Origin: Vermamoeba vermiformis
Taxonomy: Eukaryota
Assembly (NCBI GenBank): GCA_045837725.1
Contig: JBEWZL010000239.1
Span: 372,001 to 436,000, forward strand
Length of the DNA: 64,000 nt
Reading direction: 5' to 3'
The notes beneath the pieces are model-generated. The model ran no database searches and had not been told where the DNA came from. It was given only the letters and a program-made list of their open reading frames with translations. Made by a program: the position numbers and the translations under genes. Shown piece by piece: positions 61,768-64,000 of the stretch (positions are counted from its first letter, which is position 1; each line of letters begins with the position of its first letter).

Positions 61768-64000
61768 TTATTGGTACAAAGCATCTGCGTAACCAGCGAG
61801 AATACCCTCAACGACTGCTCCAGGGGCAAGAGCTGCGTCTTTGTAAATCTTGGCCAAGCCGTGAATCTCTTCCGGGTGCGTCTTAGCCAATTGTACAGCT
61901 TTCTTCAAGTCATCCAAGTACTTTTGAGCGTCAAACTTGGATCTGACTCCGACTTGAATCAACAATCCGTGGGGACGACGTAATCTGAAGCTGTTCTTCC
62001 AGCCCATAGTCTCCAAGGCATCAGCGACCTTCATAATGTCAAAGGTCTCGTTGTGATCAGCAACGTAAGCAATGTTGGCGGCTTCAGGAGGACCAATCAC
62101 ACGAAGGCCAGGGATGTTGTTAATACCGTCCTTGAGCTCTTCGAACAATCGGTGCATCTCTTGAGCACCCTTCAAGTAACCATCTTCGCCCATGTGCACA
62201 AGACCAGCCCAAGCAGAGGCAATCAAACCACCTTGTAAGGCAAAAAAGTCATCAGTAAAAGCTTAATACAGCAACAGTAAAAAATGGGTTGAATTTGATG
62301 ATTGAGAAGTTGCGTCAGAGTGGAGTGATTTAAAAATCAGTCATTGTGAATCCTTAGGTTGGTTGGTGTTGGTATTTTTCATCAGAACAACTCTCAATCA
62401 ATAGGCGTGCTCGCTCTAAGCACAAAAGTACACTTACCAGCACGAGAGCCGCTGACACTAGGTGTCACGTAGAAACCACCAGCCCAGTAAGTAGTCGCAA
62501 AGAATTGATATTTGCGGTACTCAGCGTCGCTGTAAGTGATGACTGAAGTGCCTTTAGGTCCAAAGCCGTATTTGTGTGTGTCAGCGGAGATCGAGGTCAC
62601 ACCGGGCACGCGGTAGTCCCACTTGCGGTTCAGATGACCCAATTTCTCGAGCCACGGCAACAAGAAGGCGCCAACGCAAGCTGTATGAACAAGAGATTAG
62701 GACGATTGCTTTTCTAACATGTAAAAAATGTATGTAAAGTGATGGTTGTTAGTGGATCAGATAGGAGCGAAAGAAATGATAATCATGCTTGGTAATTCAG
62801 TTGAACTATGCATTTGAACATCACCTCACTAAGAAATGATACAAAAACAACGATTGATTTTCTGCAAATTGAAACTTACCATCAACGTGAACGGGGATGT
62901 TGTGCTTCAAACCCAACTGACCCAAGGCTTCAATATCGTCGATAACTCCGTGTGGGAATGTAGGGGCAGAGCCTACTAACTATAGACAAAATATGAATTA
63001 GCTGGTTGATAATTGGATTGTGCGAGCAGATCTAAAACTTACCAGGATCGTGTTCTTGTTGATAGCTGCCTTGAGCGCATTAATGTCGACTTGGAGGTTA
63101 GAGGCGAGAGGAACTTCGACAAACTTAACGCCAAAGTAATCGCAAGCCTTTCTGAAGGCTGGATGCACTGCGATCGAAGCCAATCTAACAGAAAGTTAGC
63201 CATGATAAACTCTTGATTTGTCTTTTAAACTTACAACTCGGGTTCGGTAATACCAAAGAGGTCTTTGGCACGTTCTTTGTAAGCTTTAATGGCCAAAAGA
63301 ATGGATTCGGTTCCTCCGTTTGTCATAACTATGAGATGATCGGATTAGAAAAAGTTCAAAAATAATATTTAAATTTGCAAATATTTTTTACTCACCTCCC
63401 ACGCATTTAGAATCACCGTGGAGCAAGTTGATGGTCATTTTGACGACTTCATTCTTTTATAAAAATAGTCAGATCAGATTCGGCCGCGATAAAGTCATAT
63501 CATTGACTCCTAATTACCTCCATTTGTCTCAAAGTAGGGAACACACGAGGATAGAATCCATTGCTATCGAAGAAGATGCCATACGCTTGCTTCAACAGCT
63601 CTTCTTGTTCTTCAAGATCTCCGTAGATGCCGCCAAAAGCAGCACCACCGTTATATTCTTTTTCTACATGTCTTATGTTCTTCAATATTTGAAGGACTGA
63701 TTCAGAAGACAAACCCTGTTCGTATGGCGCTTGTTAGTCCAATTTTTTGGCTCGCAAAATATTTTCCGAAGGAATTTGGCCCAAAATAATCAAGCCAGTA
63801 CGCGAACTCGGATCTAACAGGAAAATTGACTTACCTTCTCAGGAATGTGATCGTAGGGCTTCCAGTTAAGCGCAAGCAAGGCCTCTTCGTCGTGGCTGAG
63901 ATCTGTTTTAAGTTCCTTGATGGCTTTGTCCTAAAATTAACTCGAGTTAATGCATAATTTTTAGATCAATCAATTATTTTAAATATGACCAAACGAAAGG
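61768..64000 (-). CDS. SGPL1: Sphingosine-1-phosphate lyase (PLP-dependent); 5' end beyond the window
   Basis: [55 protein letters not shown] (PLP lysine) and [13 protein letters not shown]. Confidence 0.93.

Noticed and set aside
1-64000. CRISPR arrays, tRNA/rRNA genes, transposases, alternative genetic code
   Set aside because: None seen. ORF fragmentation is explained by spliceosomal introns, and conserved genes end at standard stops.

Overview
Gene-dense, intron-rich eukaryotic (protist-like) genomic DNA: standard code, mostly short GT-AG introns with CTAAY/CTGAC-type branch points, intergenic spacers of roughly 100-600 bp. I spliced the genes by hand, so several models differ from the ORF track. 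Housekeeping genes: organellar RNase II-like (partial), VPS15, a Kv-type K+ channel, an alkaline-phosphatase-superfamily membrane protein, condensin CAP-D2, a TOPORS-like RING ligase, an NmrA-like reductase, ATR, an ERI-type exonuclease, an SDR, TMEM14, XRN1 and S1P lyase (partial). The most unusual region is 7.2-17 kb: three paralogues built as [non-cleavable ubiquitin-like domain]-[unnamed conserved domain]-[second beta-grasp-like domain]-[optional TKL-type kinase]. Copy 1 has no kinase and a ubiquitin 75% identical to canonical ubiquitin but with K6R/K48R/K63R/G76Q. Copy 2 carries a pseudokinase (HRN, DFS). Copy 3 has canonical kinase motifs broken by two frameshifts and lies between 266-bp direct repeats that give it the K+ channel's C-terminus. 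A bacterial-like heparinase/alginate-lyase gene sits inside the cluster. Also notable: VPS15 with an in-frame HTH+TPR insertion, a POM121-like FG nucleoporin with an N-terminal TM helix, and a possible F-box-LRR-ankyrin-Kv channel fusion. No rRNA, tRNA, CRISPR or transposase was recognised.
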